This document shows, in pieces, positions 26,652 to 37,231 of a stretch of 64,000 nt of DNA. The stretch is from an uncultured virus (IMG/VR IMGVR_UViG_3300025099_000015) (Duplodnaviria > Heunggongvirae > Uroviricota > Caudoviricetes): IMG/VR virus record IMGVR_UViG_3300025099_000015. One strand, given 5' to 3'. The translations under genes and the position numbers were made by a program. Under the pieces are notes generated by a model. It had not been told where the DNA came from, searched no databases, and saw only the letters and a program-made list of their open reading frames with translations. Each line of letters begins with the position of its first letter. The first letter of the stretch is position 1.

Positions 26652-26851
26652 AGAATGAAATACAAATCTATTCTGAGTTTAAAAGAAGAAATCCTCATTT
26701 CTGGAATGAGGCACAACAACTTCCAGGCAATAATGAAGTTGCGACATTAGATTCTATTATACTTAACTTTATTAGAAAGAACAAAAACACACCAGATATT
26801 ATGAACACTTTAGTTGGTGTTGCAGAGAGTTTTATATTCAAGGATTATTGA
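26621..26851 (+). CDS. Hypothetical protein (W-x-x-I-x-K family)
   Basis: MDGNNWQVIMKN; GGAGG upstream. Confidence 0.6.
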   Translation: MDGNNWQVIMKNEIQIYSEFKRRNPHFWNEAQQLPGNNEVATLDSIILNFIRKNKNTPDIMNTLVGVAESFIFKDY

Positions 26852-26855
26852 TACT

Positions 26856-27512
26856 ATGGTAACAAGAAAAAGATGTAAAGTTTGTAATCTCGATAATAGA
26901 GAAGAGATTGAGACACAACTAGAAACTATGTCTATATCTCCTGATGCTTTAGATAAACAATATAATTGGCCTAGTGGAACTACTGCTAGACACCAAAGAA
27001 ATCATATGGGAGATTATTTTGATTCTTCTAATCCTCAATGTAATATTTGCACACATGAGATTAGAGGATTAATAGAACAACAATTGAAAGAAGGTGAGAT
27101 AACTCCTGCCGTAGTTGCTCAAATTGCTGATTGTTCAGAAGAACAAGTTAAACGCCATATGAGAAAACACTTACAACCTTTGGTTCAAAAATCTGCGGCA
27201 AGTATTATTGCGGTTAAAGAAGTAGATGAAATAGAGTCATTGACTAAAACCATATATAGATTAGAACAAAAAATAGATATTCTATTCGACCAAGATGAAA
27301 TACATCCTAAGTATGTAGACAGTCTAACTAAGTTAGCAAAAGAGATTAGAGAAAGTTTGAGATACTTAATGGAGTTCAAAGGTAAACTTGTCCACAAGAG
27401 ACAAGACACAATTATAGTCGCACAAATGCAAGTAGTGCAAGAAGTATTAGCACAGAACCACCCACAAGTATGGTTAGATGTTAAATCAAAAATGGAGGAA
27501 AGACTACAATGA
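26856..27512 (+). CDS. Tandem Zn/HTH protein, candidate terminase small subunit
   Basis: Two repeats CxxC...RHxxxH plus C-terminal coiled coil; small-terminase role is inferred from architecture only. Confidence 0.45.
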   Translation: MVTRKRCKVCNLDNREEIETQLETMSISPDALDKQYNWPSGTTARHQRNHMGDYFDSSNPQCNICTHEIRGLIEQQLKEGEITPAVVAQIADCSEEQVKRHMRKHLQPLVQKSAASIIAVKEVDEIESLTKTIYRLEQKIDILFDQDEIHPKYVDSLTKLAKEIRESLRYLMEFKGKLVHKRQDTIIVAQMQVVQEVLAQNHPQVWLDVKSKMEERLQ

Positions 27513-27787
27513 GTTGGGAAGAGATACTAAAAGAAAGAAAATATTCGTATAATGAAATGAAAGCGGTTTTCGATGAAGCGGCTATGTCTGTTAAAAGTAT
27601 GGATATTAGTAAGTATATAAAAAGCAGTTTACTTTACAAAATTAACATGTTTTGGATGAGGTTGAAAGAAGTGGGAGATGCAGTCATCTTACCAGGGCTT
27701 GATAGAAATATGCCAAGATATACTGAGTTTGAGATGGAAGAAGTTAAAAAAAGGTTAGCCGAAATGTTGAGGAATGAGTCTAAATGA
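27509..27787 (+). CDS. Hypothetical protein (W-x-x-I-x-K family)
   Basis: MSWEEILKE. Confidence 0.65.
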   Translation: MSWEEILKERKYSYNEMKAVFDEAAMSVKSMDISKYIKSSLLYKINMFWMRLKEVGDAVILPGLDRNMPRYTEFEMEEVKKRLAEMLRNESK

Positions 27788-28329
27788 AGTGGGAAAAAAT
27801 AATTAAACGAAACTGTGGGTGCGGTAAAGACCCTTGCGAAACATACGGTGAAGTAAAGAAAGGAATGGGTGAAAGACATTTCTTTGAAGATGGAACACAG
27901 TATGTTGGTGAAACTCATAAACATCCTGATGGGACTCTAATGAATGGTAAAGAACATGTTGAAGGTAAAAGTAAAAAATTGTATCATTTATATGAATTAG
28001 ATGAAAAAGCGTTAAAAAAATTAAGTCAAGCATCTACTATAATTAAGGGAAAGTTTATTTCATCTAAAGTAATGAAAAAAATTAAATCAGCATTAGAAGG
28101 AATCCCAGGAGTTACTATTGATGAGTGGCCTCCTGAAGTAAGTAGAAAAACTCAACATATGAAAATACGTTGCACTTATGATGGTGAACATAATCCTACA
28201 GATAAACCTACTAAGTTTATTATAACAACAGGTGCTAGAGGCGCAGTAGTTAGAAAGATAGAAGCGCATATGAGGCAGAACGTGAAAAGAGCATTAGAAA
28301 GGCAGAATGTATTCATAGGAGATTGGTGA
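27784..28329 (+). CDS. Hypothetical protein (W-x-x-I-x-K family)
   Basis: MKWEKIIKRNCGCGKDPC; His-rich YVGETHKHPDGTLMNGKEH module. Confidence 0.65.
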   Translation: MKWEKIIKRNCGCGKDPCETYGEVKKGMGERHFFEDGTQYVGETHKHPDGTLMNGKEHVEGKSKKLYHLYELDEKALKKLSQASTIIKGKFISSKVMKKIKSALEGIPGVTIDEWPPEVSRKTQHMKIRCTYDGEHNPTDKPTKFIITTGARGAVVRKIEAHMRQNVKRALERQNVFIGDW

Positions 28330-28330
28330 A

Positions 28331-28510
28331 ATGGGTTGGAAAGATAAACTATTAAAAGAGGACACCGGACTTGGCGATACTGTTGAGAGGGTTACTAAGG
28401 CGACAGGCATCAAAACTGTTGTTGATAAAGTAGCCAAAGCGACAGGTAAAGATTGTGGTTGTAAGGCTAGAAAAAACAAATTAAATAGGAGATTTAGTTA
28501 TGATTCTTAA
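28331..28510 (+). CDS. Small conserved phage-type protein (GLGDT...DCGC motif)
   Basis: Manual translation MGWKDKLLKEDTGLGDTVERVTKATGIK...DCGCKARKNKLN. Confidence 0.7.
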   Translation: MGWKDKLLKEDTGLGDTVERVTKATGIKTVVDKVAKATGKDCGCKARKNKLNRRFSYDS

Positions 28511-29072
28511 GAAAGACTATTCCAGAACCTATGACCTTATTCTTGCTGAATTACAAGAAGATGGATACATGGCTATGGTGCAGTATTTAGAACAAAATCC
28601 TCCTTTAAAGACTAAAGGAACAATGTATAGTGGTGATTTAGTAGATGCTTTAATTGCCGCTAAAACTAATGCGAATGATGATTTTGGTGCGTATGTATCC
28701 CCTCCATTAAAATTAGCAGAAATGGATTCTGTTAGGCCTCATTCTAATTTAAGATTAATGTTAAGAAATAGAGATGATGGTGAATGGTTTAATGCGTTAA
28801 AAGCACCAAAATTAATGGCTAGACCACAAGAACCAGAAACTAGATTTGATGATGATACAGAATTAGAATCATTTAATGATGATGGAGAAGATGAGTGTGA
28901 GTGTGATGAAGTAAATTGTGATGCTCATGCTGTCTATAAAAATGAACAACATAATAGTCAATTATGTGATGAGCATTTTGCTGAAGTAGTTAGAAGTCTT
29001 GGCGGTAATCATGGCTATAGACCGTGGGACTGTGAATCAGATGAATACTATCAATATAGGGAGGACTTATAA
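28500..29072 (+). CDS. Hypothetical acidic protein
   Basis: 190 aa; internal EWFNALKA. Confidence 0.6.
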   Translation: MILKKDYSRTYDLILAELQEDGYMAMVQYLEQNPPLKTKGTMYSGDLVDALIAAKTNANDDFGAYVSPPLKLAEMDSVRPHSNLRLMLRNRDDGEWFNALKAPKLMARPQEPETRFDDDTELESFNDDGEDECECDEVNCDAHAVYKNEQHNSQLCDEHFAEVVRSLGGNHGYRPWDCESDEYYQYREDL

Positions 29073-30058
29073 TGAAATGGAACGAAACAATTAGAGAAGA
29101 TGTAATACTAAAGAGATGGACAGAAATAATAAGAAAGGCACCCCCTCCTTTTTATGCTAATAAAAACAAATATGATATTCATCAGTTTTCTGATATTCCA
29201 GGGTTTGATGTTTTATTTGGTGCAGGTTTCCCATTAAGTCAGGAACTTAGTGCCGCACCTAGAACAACTGTTAAATCACATCCTATTATGATAGGCGGAA
29301 AATTAGGTAATTCTTGGAGACCTAGTATAAGCAATAGGCAAAATGCTATTATGTTTGTTACTGTTTTTAATCTTCAATCTAAAACACCGACTTTCCCGTG
29401 GGAAACAGGTTCGTTAAGAAATGTCCAAATACAAGACCAACTAACACAAGTTACAGAATCTGCTAAAATAGCGGCAGGTCAAAGGTCATTTGAGTTAGAA
29501 GAAGATGAAATAGGAGTTACTGTAATATACGATTTGAAACCTAAGAAAAGAGGAGGTAGAACCACTTTTGGTAAGCCATCATTAATGATAAATGTTTACT
29601 ATGGTGAAAAATCTAACTTCCAACAATATGTAAATCCTAAAATGACTGAAGGAACAGGAGACCAAGACTATGATTTGAATAATGGTGAAGTAGCGGCATT
29701 GTTAATATTATCACAGATAAAGCCAGATGGCCCTCCAAAACAATACCTACAACAGCAAAAATTGTTTATGGAATTAGGAATAGGGCCACTTGCTAGAAAT
29801 ACTAAAAGCAAATACATTAAGACTTTAGCAGATAGAGGATTTGTTGATATGAACCTAGATAAAAGAACACCTAATATGAGAGGCTATCCTAAAATTACAC
29901 CAAGAGGTATGGCGGCATCTAATAGATTTGAAATGCATCATAAAACTTTCAGAACTGAGTTTATGGATGTTGTTAGAAATAAGCGTGATGAAGAGTTTAC
30001 TATGTTTTATGAAAAGCCGGATGGAAGCAAATCAAGTTTCAATGAAGAAATGGCTTGA
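29072..30058 (+). CDS. Hypothetical protein (W-x-x-I-x-K family, doubled motif)
   Basis: MKWNETIRE...RWTEIIRK; wHTH-like C-terminus (YPKITPRG). Confidence 0.65.
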   Translation: MKWNETIREDVILKRWTEIIRKAPPPFYANKNKYDIHQFSDIPGFDVLFGAGFPLSQELSAAPRTTVKSHPIMIGGKLGNSWRPSISNRQNAIMFVTVFNLQSKTPTFPWETGSLRNVQIQDQLTQVTESAKIAAGQRSFELEEDEIGVTVIYDLKPKKRGGRTTFGKPSLMINVYYGEKSNFQQYVNPKMTEGTGDQDYDLNNGEVAALLILSQIKPDGPPKQYLQQQKLFMELGIGPLARNTKSKYIKTLADRGFVDMNLDKRTPNMRGYPKITPRGMAASNRFEMHHKTFRTEFMDVVRNKRDEEFTMFYEKPDGSKSSFNEEMA

Positions 30059-30066
30059 GGGATTAA

Positions 30067-31974
30067 ATGTCATGGGTCTCAATATTGAAGGGTTTACCTA
30101 AACCTGATGCGATAGTTGGTATGCTTTCGCAAGATGCGGGACTACAACTACTGGTAAGTCAAGCAAATGGGGCCAATAAAAAGAACATTATAGGAGTCAA
30201 AAATAAAGCCAAAGAATTAGCAACAGGTAAAGGAATCACAGAAGGCTTAGATGAGGAAACTATACAATCTAACGCTGAAAAATTAGTGATTGCTCTTGAA
30301 GAGATAATAAAAGATAGTAATTCTAAAACTCAACCTAAGAAAGAAACGCTAGAAGATAAACTAAATACTATTATTGAAAATGAAGATAAGAAAGGGTTAA
30401 TTAAATTAGTAGGCAATACACAATATAGAAACATGCCTAGTAAAACTAGAACAGAAAAGGTTTCATTATTAAAGAAAAACAAAAGTGCTATATTAAACTT
30501 CATTGATATGAATGATAAAGACTTATTCTATTATGTTACTAACGAGTTTTCATTAGTAGCAAGTAAACCTATTTCTGATGATGATTGGGATGATAAAGTA
30601 TCTACTATACGAAGTCAATTATCCGACACAGATATTAAAATAGATACTACAAATGGAATTAAATTAACATTCCCAGATAAAACTTCTGCTTCTGATATGA
30701 AATTAGCATTAGAAGTATCCCAAATTAAAGGTCAGGCTAAAAAGAAAAAGGATTTAATTATATTCAAAAAAACAGGTAAGTTTACTAAATCTCCTTTGTT
30801 AGAGTTGTATGATGATAATGTATCATTACAAGTAAAAACTAAAGTAAAGAATGCTGAAAAGAAAAACTACACTAATACTGTAAGTAGTCCAGAACATGCT
30901 TTAGCCTATTTGGAAATTATAACCTCAAGAGGATATAAAAAGGGAATAAAGTTTACTCCTAAACCTAAAATACAAAAGGGTAGTCCTAAAGTAACTAAAA
31001 ATGCTAATAAGTTATTATTAGGTGGAGAAACCCCTAGCCTATCTAGTTCACTTAGAAGTTTATTTAAAACTTCTACTTTTAATTTAACTAATCTAATGCA
31101 ACAAGGGTCTGTCGAATCTAATATTAGATATAATAGTCCTAAACTAATGGAAGTATTAGAAGCGAAAGACCCTGTTTCTATCGGTGGTGTAGGTAAAGAC
31201 GAAATACTAGAATTACAGGAGATATACAACAATACTAATCGCAATCTTACGTCTTTTATTAAGAAATTAAAGGGTAAAAACCAAAATGATTTTGCTAAAT
31301 TAAATAATGCATTGATACAATCAATACCTAACCTATTTTCAGAAGAAGAAAAAACATTTATGGAAGGGCTTAGTGGCATAAACCCAAGAGCAATTCCAAA
31401 TAAACTAATGGAATATTATAATGCTGAAACTGTTGATGATAGATTGCCTGTATTATTAGAAGGAGTGCTACGAACAAGTAGTCCGTTTAAATCAATAGAA
31501 GGGGGATATAAGTTTATGACCCCTGCCGGAATGAAAAATCAAGATATGAGAGATTTGGTTCACGGTCTTAAAATACTTAGACAAGCAGATGAGGTTCAAG
31601 GTGTTTCAACATCTTTAGAACAAACATTACAAAATTATACTACTGGATATAAACCACCAATTAGTGGAACTCCTACACCATCTGGTATGATTCACTATTT
31701 ATTTGTTTTAGATTTTTATTATGCAAGAACACCTTTTAGGTCAGTTGCGGCTAAGTTTAAAAGAGGGGAAATATCATCCGAAGAGTTAGTAAAATCTGCT
31801 AAAGAAAACTTTACCAATATAATTAATTCATTTGTGGATAGCGTAAAGATTAAAGTTGATGATATACTAGAGAATAAAGAAGATTACCAAGACTCGCTGT
31901 CTCTTAGTAATGATTCTAAAGCATATCTTCTCTTTGATAAATTAAGTGAGAAGGGACTAATTGGAGGAAATTAG
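30067..31974 (+). CDS. Large Lys-rich hypothetical protein (W-x-x-I-x-K family)
   Basis: 635 aa, MSWVSILKG. Confidence 0.7.
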   Translation: MSWVSILKGLPKPDAIVGMLSQDAGLQLLVSQANGANKKNIIGVKNKAKELATGKGITEGLDEETIQSNAEKLVIALEEIIKDSNSKTQPKKETLEDKLNTIIENEDKKGLIKLVGNTQYRNMPSKTRTEKVSLLKKNKSAILNFIDMNDKDLFYYVTNEFSLVASKPISDDDWDDKVSTIRSQLSDTDIKIDTTNGIKLTFPDKTSASDMKLALEVSQIKGQAKKKKDLIIFKKTGKFTKSPLLELYDDNVSLQVKTKVKNAEKKNYTNTVSSPEHALAYLEIITSRGYKKGIKFTPKPKIQKGSPKVTKNANKLLLGGETPSLSSSLRSLFKTSTFNLTNLMQQGSVESNIRYNSPKLMEVLEAKDPVSIGGVGKDEILELQEIYNNTNRNLTSFIKKLKGKNQNDFAKLNNALIQSIPNLFSEEEKTFMEGLSGINPRAIPNKLMEYYNAETVDDRLPVLLEGVLRTSSPFKSIEGGYKFMTPAGMKNQDMRDLVHGLKILRQADEVQGVSTSLEQTLQNYTTGYKPPISGTPTPSGMIHYLFVLDFYYARTPFRSVAAKFKRGEISSEELVKSAKENFTNIINSFVDSVKIKVDDILENKEDYQDSLSLSNDSKAYLLFDKLSEKGLIGGN

Positions 31975-34539
31975 ATGTCAAAAAAGATTACCAAGAAACA
32001 GGTTGGAGATTATATTAATCTTAGTTGGCCTGATTTTGCTACTAAATATACTAAGTTAGATATGTCTACTTTCTTAAATAATGTAACCGAAGAAGAGTTT
32101 GATGAATCTCACATAGCAGTTAGACATAGCACATCTATACATGAGACTGATAATAAAGCAGGGGTTCTTAGTTCTATTAGAAGTGATTTAATAGAACGAG
32201 GTTTTGAAGAAAACTATATTTCTTCATATACTAAAGAGGTAGGCAAATTAAAACCTGATGATATAGCATTAAGAACAGTCAAAAATGAAATATTAACTTC
32301 TTTTAGATATAGAGATAGACAAATGACTCTAAAAGATTTAAGAGAAGATTTAACACTACAAGACATAACTACTATGGGTGTAGATGAAACAAGTAAATCT
32401 GCATTATCAGCACAGATTAAACTTCTTATTAGTCAATTACCTTCTTATGAAGATGGTCTAATGATGTTATTAAATGAATTAGAAACGCTAAAGACAGAAG
32501 TAGAATATACTCCATTAAGTAGGTCAGTTAGTTCAGTTACTAGAATAAGCCCTGCAAACAAAAATGACAGAGAAGATATATATAATTTTTATCAAGAAAG
32601 ATATTCACTATATGATGATTTAAAGAACGCTATGAAAGAAGTGTTAGAACTATGGGATGACGTTGAAGAAGAAATGGAAGATGCTATGGATGAGGCAGGT
32701 CAAATTACACAGAAACCAACAGGCCGATACAATACTAAAAACCAAGTGTCAGATAAGGTAGAAGAGTTAGATTCTGAGTTTAAAAGAATGCAAGAATTAT
32801 ATAATCAAATGGATGCTGATAAAAACTACATAATAAAAACAGGACTATTAGATTATTCTATAATTACTAATAGAGATAGAAGTATTAGTGCAAGTGTGCA
32901 AACTACGTTGTTAAGAGCATTAACCGACCTTTTAGGTAAAGAAGAAATACAAGCACACGAAGAAGATTTTGAAGATGATGATGATTATTATCAATCACAA
33001 CAAAATCAAATAGCAACGATAGGTGAGAAACAAGGCGAAAACAAACCTCAAGCGGCACAAGTTAATTTTAGAGAGAAAACAGAAGAAGAAGTTAGACAAG
33101 AACAAGAGTATGATGATTTAATGGATGATTTAAATCAATTCAATGTAATAGAACAAGTAGACCCACTATTTATTGTTGCCGCACATGGAGGTATTATTAA
33201 AAATAAATATAGTATTAGTTCTTGGGAGAAAACTAAGACTGAATTAAATAATAGATTAAAAGATACAACTAAAAATAATCCAGGTGCAATATCTATTTAT
33301 AGAACAGCATTAGCAGAACACGAAGAATACCAAGAACAAGCGTTTGATGCTGGTGATAGGACAAACTTCTATTTTCCTATTAGTGAAAGTGTTGTAAGTG
33401 CTTTACAACATATTGATGATATAGAGTTGCCTTTAGATAAAATAGAAGATTTTCATATAAAATTAGTTACTCTAATAAGTGATTTATTAGAAGACCCATT
33501 AGAAAAGTCTACAATCCCAATACACCATCAGCCTTCTGATTTCGCACCTGGGCTAGAAGGTAAAGGAGAAAAAAGAATACCTGCGGATAAGAAAGAGCAA
33601 GATAGATTTAAAACACAATTCAATTTAATACATTCATTAAAGTTAGGTAAGAAAGGTAAAAAAAGAGATGTTAAAAAATATGCTAAGTTTTCAGAAAGTC
33701 TTACTGAGTTATTTGATATAGCAGATAGATATTATGGAGACCCAATTAGAGAATTAATGATACCATATAAGACAGTTCCTAAATACTTAGATTCAGATAC
33801 ATTAAATGCTCTAATTAATCATGGCCCAGAAAATGTAGCACAGATAACTTTAGGGTTATATAGAGAGTATTATCATTCATCAGTTACACCTAGAACCATT
33901 TCAATATTAACAGACTACTTAGTAACTAGTAACTCTGCACGTAAAGATGCAGAAGATATGGAACAAAAAGCGGATAGAGTATTAGATGTATTAAAGAAAA
34001 TGTTCCCTGGCAATATAGAAAATGATATAAATTGGTTTGCTAATGAGTTTAAACAACAGGCAAAAAGAGATTCTAGTTTTGATATAACAGGTATTACATT
34101 ACAGAATAGAAAAATAGAAGATATGATGTTTGATAAAAGAAAACATAAAACGTCTTATCATAATGTAATTACAATGCTGTATAAGTTTGGAGGACAATTT
34201 GAAAAGAATCACTATACAAGAAAAGAATATGATAAGTTTAAGACAGCATACAAAAACCAAACCGAAACCAAATTGGCTTCTGTTCATACAAAGATTTTAG
34301 AAGCGCATGATGAAATTAGAAAGATGTTAGGCAAGCCTATTTATTATAACACATGTGAACTTGAAAGTTTTAATCACATAAGTGATACTATTGATATAAT
34401 TAAAGAACAATATAAGGTGGAATTAACCGGCTCAGATATAACAGGGATAGTTAATGAAATAGATAGTATGGAAACTATAGCCAAAAGATATGGGGTTAAT
34501 AGTAATGCAGTATATCATGTTAAAGCAATGTTTAGGTAA
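31975..34539 (+). CDS. Large acidic helical hypothetical protein
   Basis: 854-aa ORF; C-terminal HTH-like SMETIAKRYGVNSNAVYHVK. Confidence 0.7.
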   Translation: MSKKITKKQVGDYINLSWPDFATKYTKLDMSTFLNNVTEEEFDESHIAVRHSTSIHETDNKAGVLSSIRSDLIERGFEENYISSYTKEVGKLKPDDIALRTVKNEILTSFRYRDRQMTLKDLREDLTLQDITTMGVDETSKSALSAQIKLLISQLPSYEDGLMMLLNELETLKTEVEYTPLSRSVSSVTRISPANKNDREDIYNFYQERYSLYDDLKNAMKEVLELWDDVEEEMEDAMDEAGQITQKPTGRYNTKNQVSDKVEELDSEFKRMQELYNQMDADKNYIIKTGLLDYSIITNRDRSISASVQTTLLRALTDLLGKEEIQAHEEDFEDDDDYYQSQQNQIATIGEKQGENKPQAAQVNFREKTEEEVRQEQEYDDLMDDLNQFNVIEQVDPLFIVAAHGGIIKNKYSISSWEKTKTELNNRLKDTTKNNPGAISIYRTALAEHEEYQEQAFDAGDRTNFYFPISESVVSALQHIDDIELPLDKIEDFHIKLVTLISDLLEDPLEKSTIPIHHQPSDFAPGLEGKGEKRIPADKKEQDRFKTQFNLIHSLKLGKKGKKRDVKKYAKFSESLTELFDIADRYYGDPIRELMIPYKTVPKYLDSDTLNALINHGPENVAQITLGLYREYYHSSVTPRTISILTDYLVTSNSARKDAEDMEQKADRVLDVLKKMFPGNIENDINWFANEFKQQAKRDSSFDITGITLQNRKIEDMMFDKRKHKTSYHNVITMLYKFGGQFEKNHYTRKEYDKFKTAYKNQTETKLASVHTKILEAHDEIRKMLGKPIYYNTCELESFNHISDTIDIIKEQYKVELTGSDITGIVNEIDSMETIAKRYGVNSNAVYHVKAMFR

Positions 34540-34544
34540 TTAGT

Positions 34545-34715
34545 ATGGTTATATCAAGATGGGAGGCTATGATTAATAGAAAAACACATGTTCCAATCAA
34601 TGATGAAATTGTTGGAGATACATGTTATTATTGTTGGCGACCTGCTCATATAGAATGTATAAAATGTGAAAAGAAACTATGTGCTGTCCATTTAGAAAAG
34701 GAATGTAAGAAATAA
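34545..34715 (+). CDS. Micro B-box-like Zn-finger protein (56 aa)
   Basis: Manual translation ...CYYCWRPAHIECIKCEKKLCAVH. Confidence 0.6.
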   Translation: MVISRWEAMINRKTHVPINDEIVGDTCYYCWRPAHIECIKCEKKLCAVHLEKECKK

Positions 34716-34842
34716 TATTATAGGTATGAGATGAACACGGAATATTGGGAAGCGCAAATAAAGGGATATGAAGAAGTGTTTAGAGAGAAAAAGAAAGTTA
34801 GATTAGATAGGTTATTTGTGCAGTTTTGGGAGGAAGAATAAA

Positions 34843-35508
34843 ATGAATTGGATTGAGATATTAAAGGCAGACCCTTGCACGTTAGAAGCAAAAGAAAGAC
34901 TCTATCGTGTATTAGAAAAAATGGGTGCGAATAATGATTTATTACATAGTTTTAAAGATTTAGATAGTGATGAACTTAGAGGTATGATTGAAGAGTTTTC
35001 TACAACTGCTATGGAAAGTCAAAGACCAATGTTTAAACAAATGTTAAGAGATTGGGATATGTGTCTTGTTCAATCACATAGAAACCCTAACGCACCTCCT
35101 ATTTCATCAGAACATAGTCAAGAATCAATGATGTATAAAAGAGCCGGAGGTAAAAGTAAAAAGATACAAGGAAGAGAGTTTAAACAGGCATTAGAAGATA
35201 CAATATCTATTTACATGAATGATTTAGGCATTTTTGAGTTATTGCCTCAAGGCCAATTTTGGGATACTCTAAGAGAAAAATATGCAGAAAATCTTAGTAA
35301 GGATACGGGTGAAAACGCCATTGCTTTAAGAAATATTACTAATCACATTAAGGCTAAAATGAGCAGTAAATCATTACTTAATGGTGGAATGATACATAGA
35401 TATCTTAGGTCATTGGGATATGAAACTCCACCTTATCCACCTAGCAAAAAAGAAGCAATGGGACTTACACAAAGCGAATGGAAGAATAGATTTTGGGGTA
35501 GGCCATAA
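34843..35508 (+). CDS. Hypothetical protein (W-x-x-I-x-K family)
   Basis: MNWIEILKA at ATG 34843 after GGAGG; ORF track 34816..35508. Confidence 0.65.
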   Translation: MNWIEILKADPCTLEAKERLYRVLEKMGANNDLLHSFKDLDSDELRGMIEEFSTTAMESQRPMFKQMLRDWDMCLVQSHRNPNAPPISSEHSQESMMYKRAGGKSKKIQGREFKQALEDTISIYMNDLGIFELLPQGQFWDTLREKYAENLSKDTGENAIALRNITNHIKAKMSSKSLLNGGMIHRYLRSLGYETPPYPPSKKEAMGLTQSEWKNRFWGRP

Positions 35509-35780
35509 TGTATTGGGAAGATGTCTTAAAGAAGAAGAAGAAGAAAAAGAAGGCTAAAGGAAAAAGGTTTTCTAAAAAGGTCGGAAACAGAACTGTCTCT
35601 TACGGTCAAGCAGGTAAAGCAAAGGATGGTGGAGATAGAATTAGACCCAATACAAGTAAGGGTGATGCTTATTGTGCAAGGTCAAATAAGATAAAAGGAG
35701 ATTGGAGAAAAGACCCTAATAGCCCTAATAACTTAAGCCGTAGAAAATGGAAGTGTCACGGCAATAAATCAAGTAGGTGA
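35508..35780 (+). CDS. Small basic phage-type protein (YCARS...KWKC motif)
   Basis: MYWEDVLKKKKK; VSYGQAG, GDAYCARS, SRRKWKC. Confidence 0.7.
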   Translation: MYWEDVLKKKKKKKKAKGKRFSKKVGNRTVSYGQAGKAKDGGDRIRPNTSKGDAYCARSNKIKGDWRKDPNSPNNLSRRKWKCHGNKSSR

Positions 35781-37222
35781 ATATTCTGGAAATTAATGAA
35801 TTAGATTTTACTCATAGAATGGACATGGAATTATCTAAACATTCTTTTCCTTACTTCTTTCAAAATGTATTGGGTATGATGTATCCTAAGTATATGGAAG
35901 AGTGGCTACAATCAATGGAGACAACGGATAGAACAGTTATTATTTGCTCAAGAGACCACGGTAAATCTGTCTTTATGCATAGTTGGGTAGTATGGAATCT
36001 TATATTTCAAGAACCTCCGTTTCAAATGCTATATATTTCATCTAACCAAAAGCAGACAATGGTTCACATGAGAGAAATAGATAGATATTTTAACATCCCT
36101 GCATTGAAACAGTATAAACCTACTAGGGGATGGGCTATTGGTAATATTACTTTGACTAATGGTAATTCTGTATTAGAAAGGTCAGTAGGTTCTCAGATTA
36201 GAGGACTTCATCCTCAAGAAATTATTATTGACGACCCTTTGAAAGAGTTTAGTGTAGCAGGTATTACTAGAGTTACAGATTGGTTCTTTGGAGACATGAT
36301 ACCAACACTACATCATACTGCTAAATTAAGAATGATTGGAACTCCTTTTACTTATACTGATATATTTTCACAATTAGAAGAAAACCCTGCATATTTTGTT
36401 AGAAAATATCCTTGTTTTAATTCATTAGAAGAACCATTATGGCCTGAGCGATGGGACTATGATTCACTTATGCAAAGAAGGGCTGAAATTGGGTCATTAA
36501 AGTTTACGAGAGAGTATCTATGTATTCCTGTATCTACAGGAACTGCACTATTTGGCATAGAACACTTAGAGGATGCTAAAAATAAAGAGTATATACTAAA
36601 ATTAGGACAAAGAAGAGATAAAGGATACAGATATTGTGTTGGTGTAGACCCTGCTATATCAACCGATGGAGATTATAACGTAATTATGGTTTTAGAGGTA
36701 GATGATGAAGGGAATAAAACAATTGTCCATGTAGATAGAGCCAAAAATGTGAGTTTTAGAGAAAATATAGACAAATTGCGTATAATAGGTCAAGTTTTTC
36801 AGCCGGATAACATACTTTATGAAACAAATACATTCGCCAAAGCATTTACTCAAGAATTAAGAGCAGTATCGGACTTAAATGTTAGAGATTTCGATACAAC
36901 TAGAAAAAAGAAACAAGAGATTATACTAAACCTACAAATGAACTTTGAAAACAAGAAAATCAACTTACCTTATGGTGATAATAACAGTAGAGCAGTAACT
37001 AATATGTTAATTGAAGAATTATCTATGTTTTCTATTACTGATAGCGGAAGGTTTGAAGGCGTAGGCGCACACGATGACCTAGTTATGGCCTTAGCATTGG
37101 CTAATAGCGCGGCACAAACTTCAACGGACTCATTTGTATTATTAGATGATATGGAGATATTTGACAGCCCAATTAAACCTAATTATGGAATAAATAGAGG
37201 AATAATGGGACTTAATTTTTGA
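35777..37222 (+). CDS. terL: Terminase large subunit
   Basis: Walker A SRDHGKS, Walker B IIIDD, motif III IGTP, LWPERW, nuclease GVDPA and HDDLVMALALA. Confidence 0.93.
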   Translation: MNILEINELDFTHRMDMELSKHSFPYFFQNVLGMMYPKYMEEWLQSMETTDRTVIICSRDHGKSVFMHSWVVWNLIFQEPPFQMLYISSNQKQTMVHMREIDRYFNIPALKQYKPTRGWAIGNITLTNGNSVLERSVGSQIRGLHPQEIIIDDPLKEFSVAGITRVTDWFFGDMIPTLHHTAKLRMIGTPFTYTDIFSQLEENPAYFVRKYPCFNSLEEPLWPERWDYDSLMQRRAEIGSLKFTREYLCIPVSTGTALFGIEHLEDAKNKEYILKLGQRRDKGYRYCVGVDPAISTDGDYNVIMVLEVDDEGNKTIVHVDRAKNVSFRENIDKLRIIGQVFQPDNILYETNTFAKAFTQELRAVSDLNVRDFDTTRKKKQEIILNLQMNFENKKINLPYGDNNSRAVTNMLIEELSMFSITDSGRFEGVGAHDDLVMALALANSAAQTSTDSFVLLDDMEIFDSPIKPNYGINRGIMGLNF

Positions 37223-37231
37223 ATAGGTGAT

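Noticed and set aside
35529..35552. AAG repeat run
   Set aside because: Encodes a poly-Lys tract in a basic protein; not an independent repeat element.
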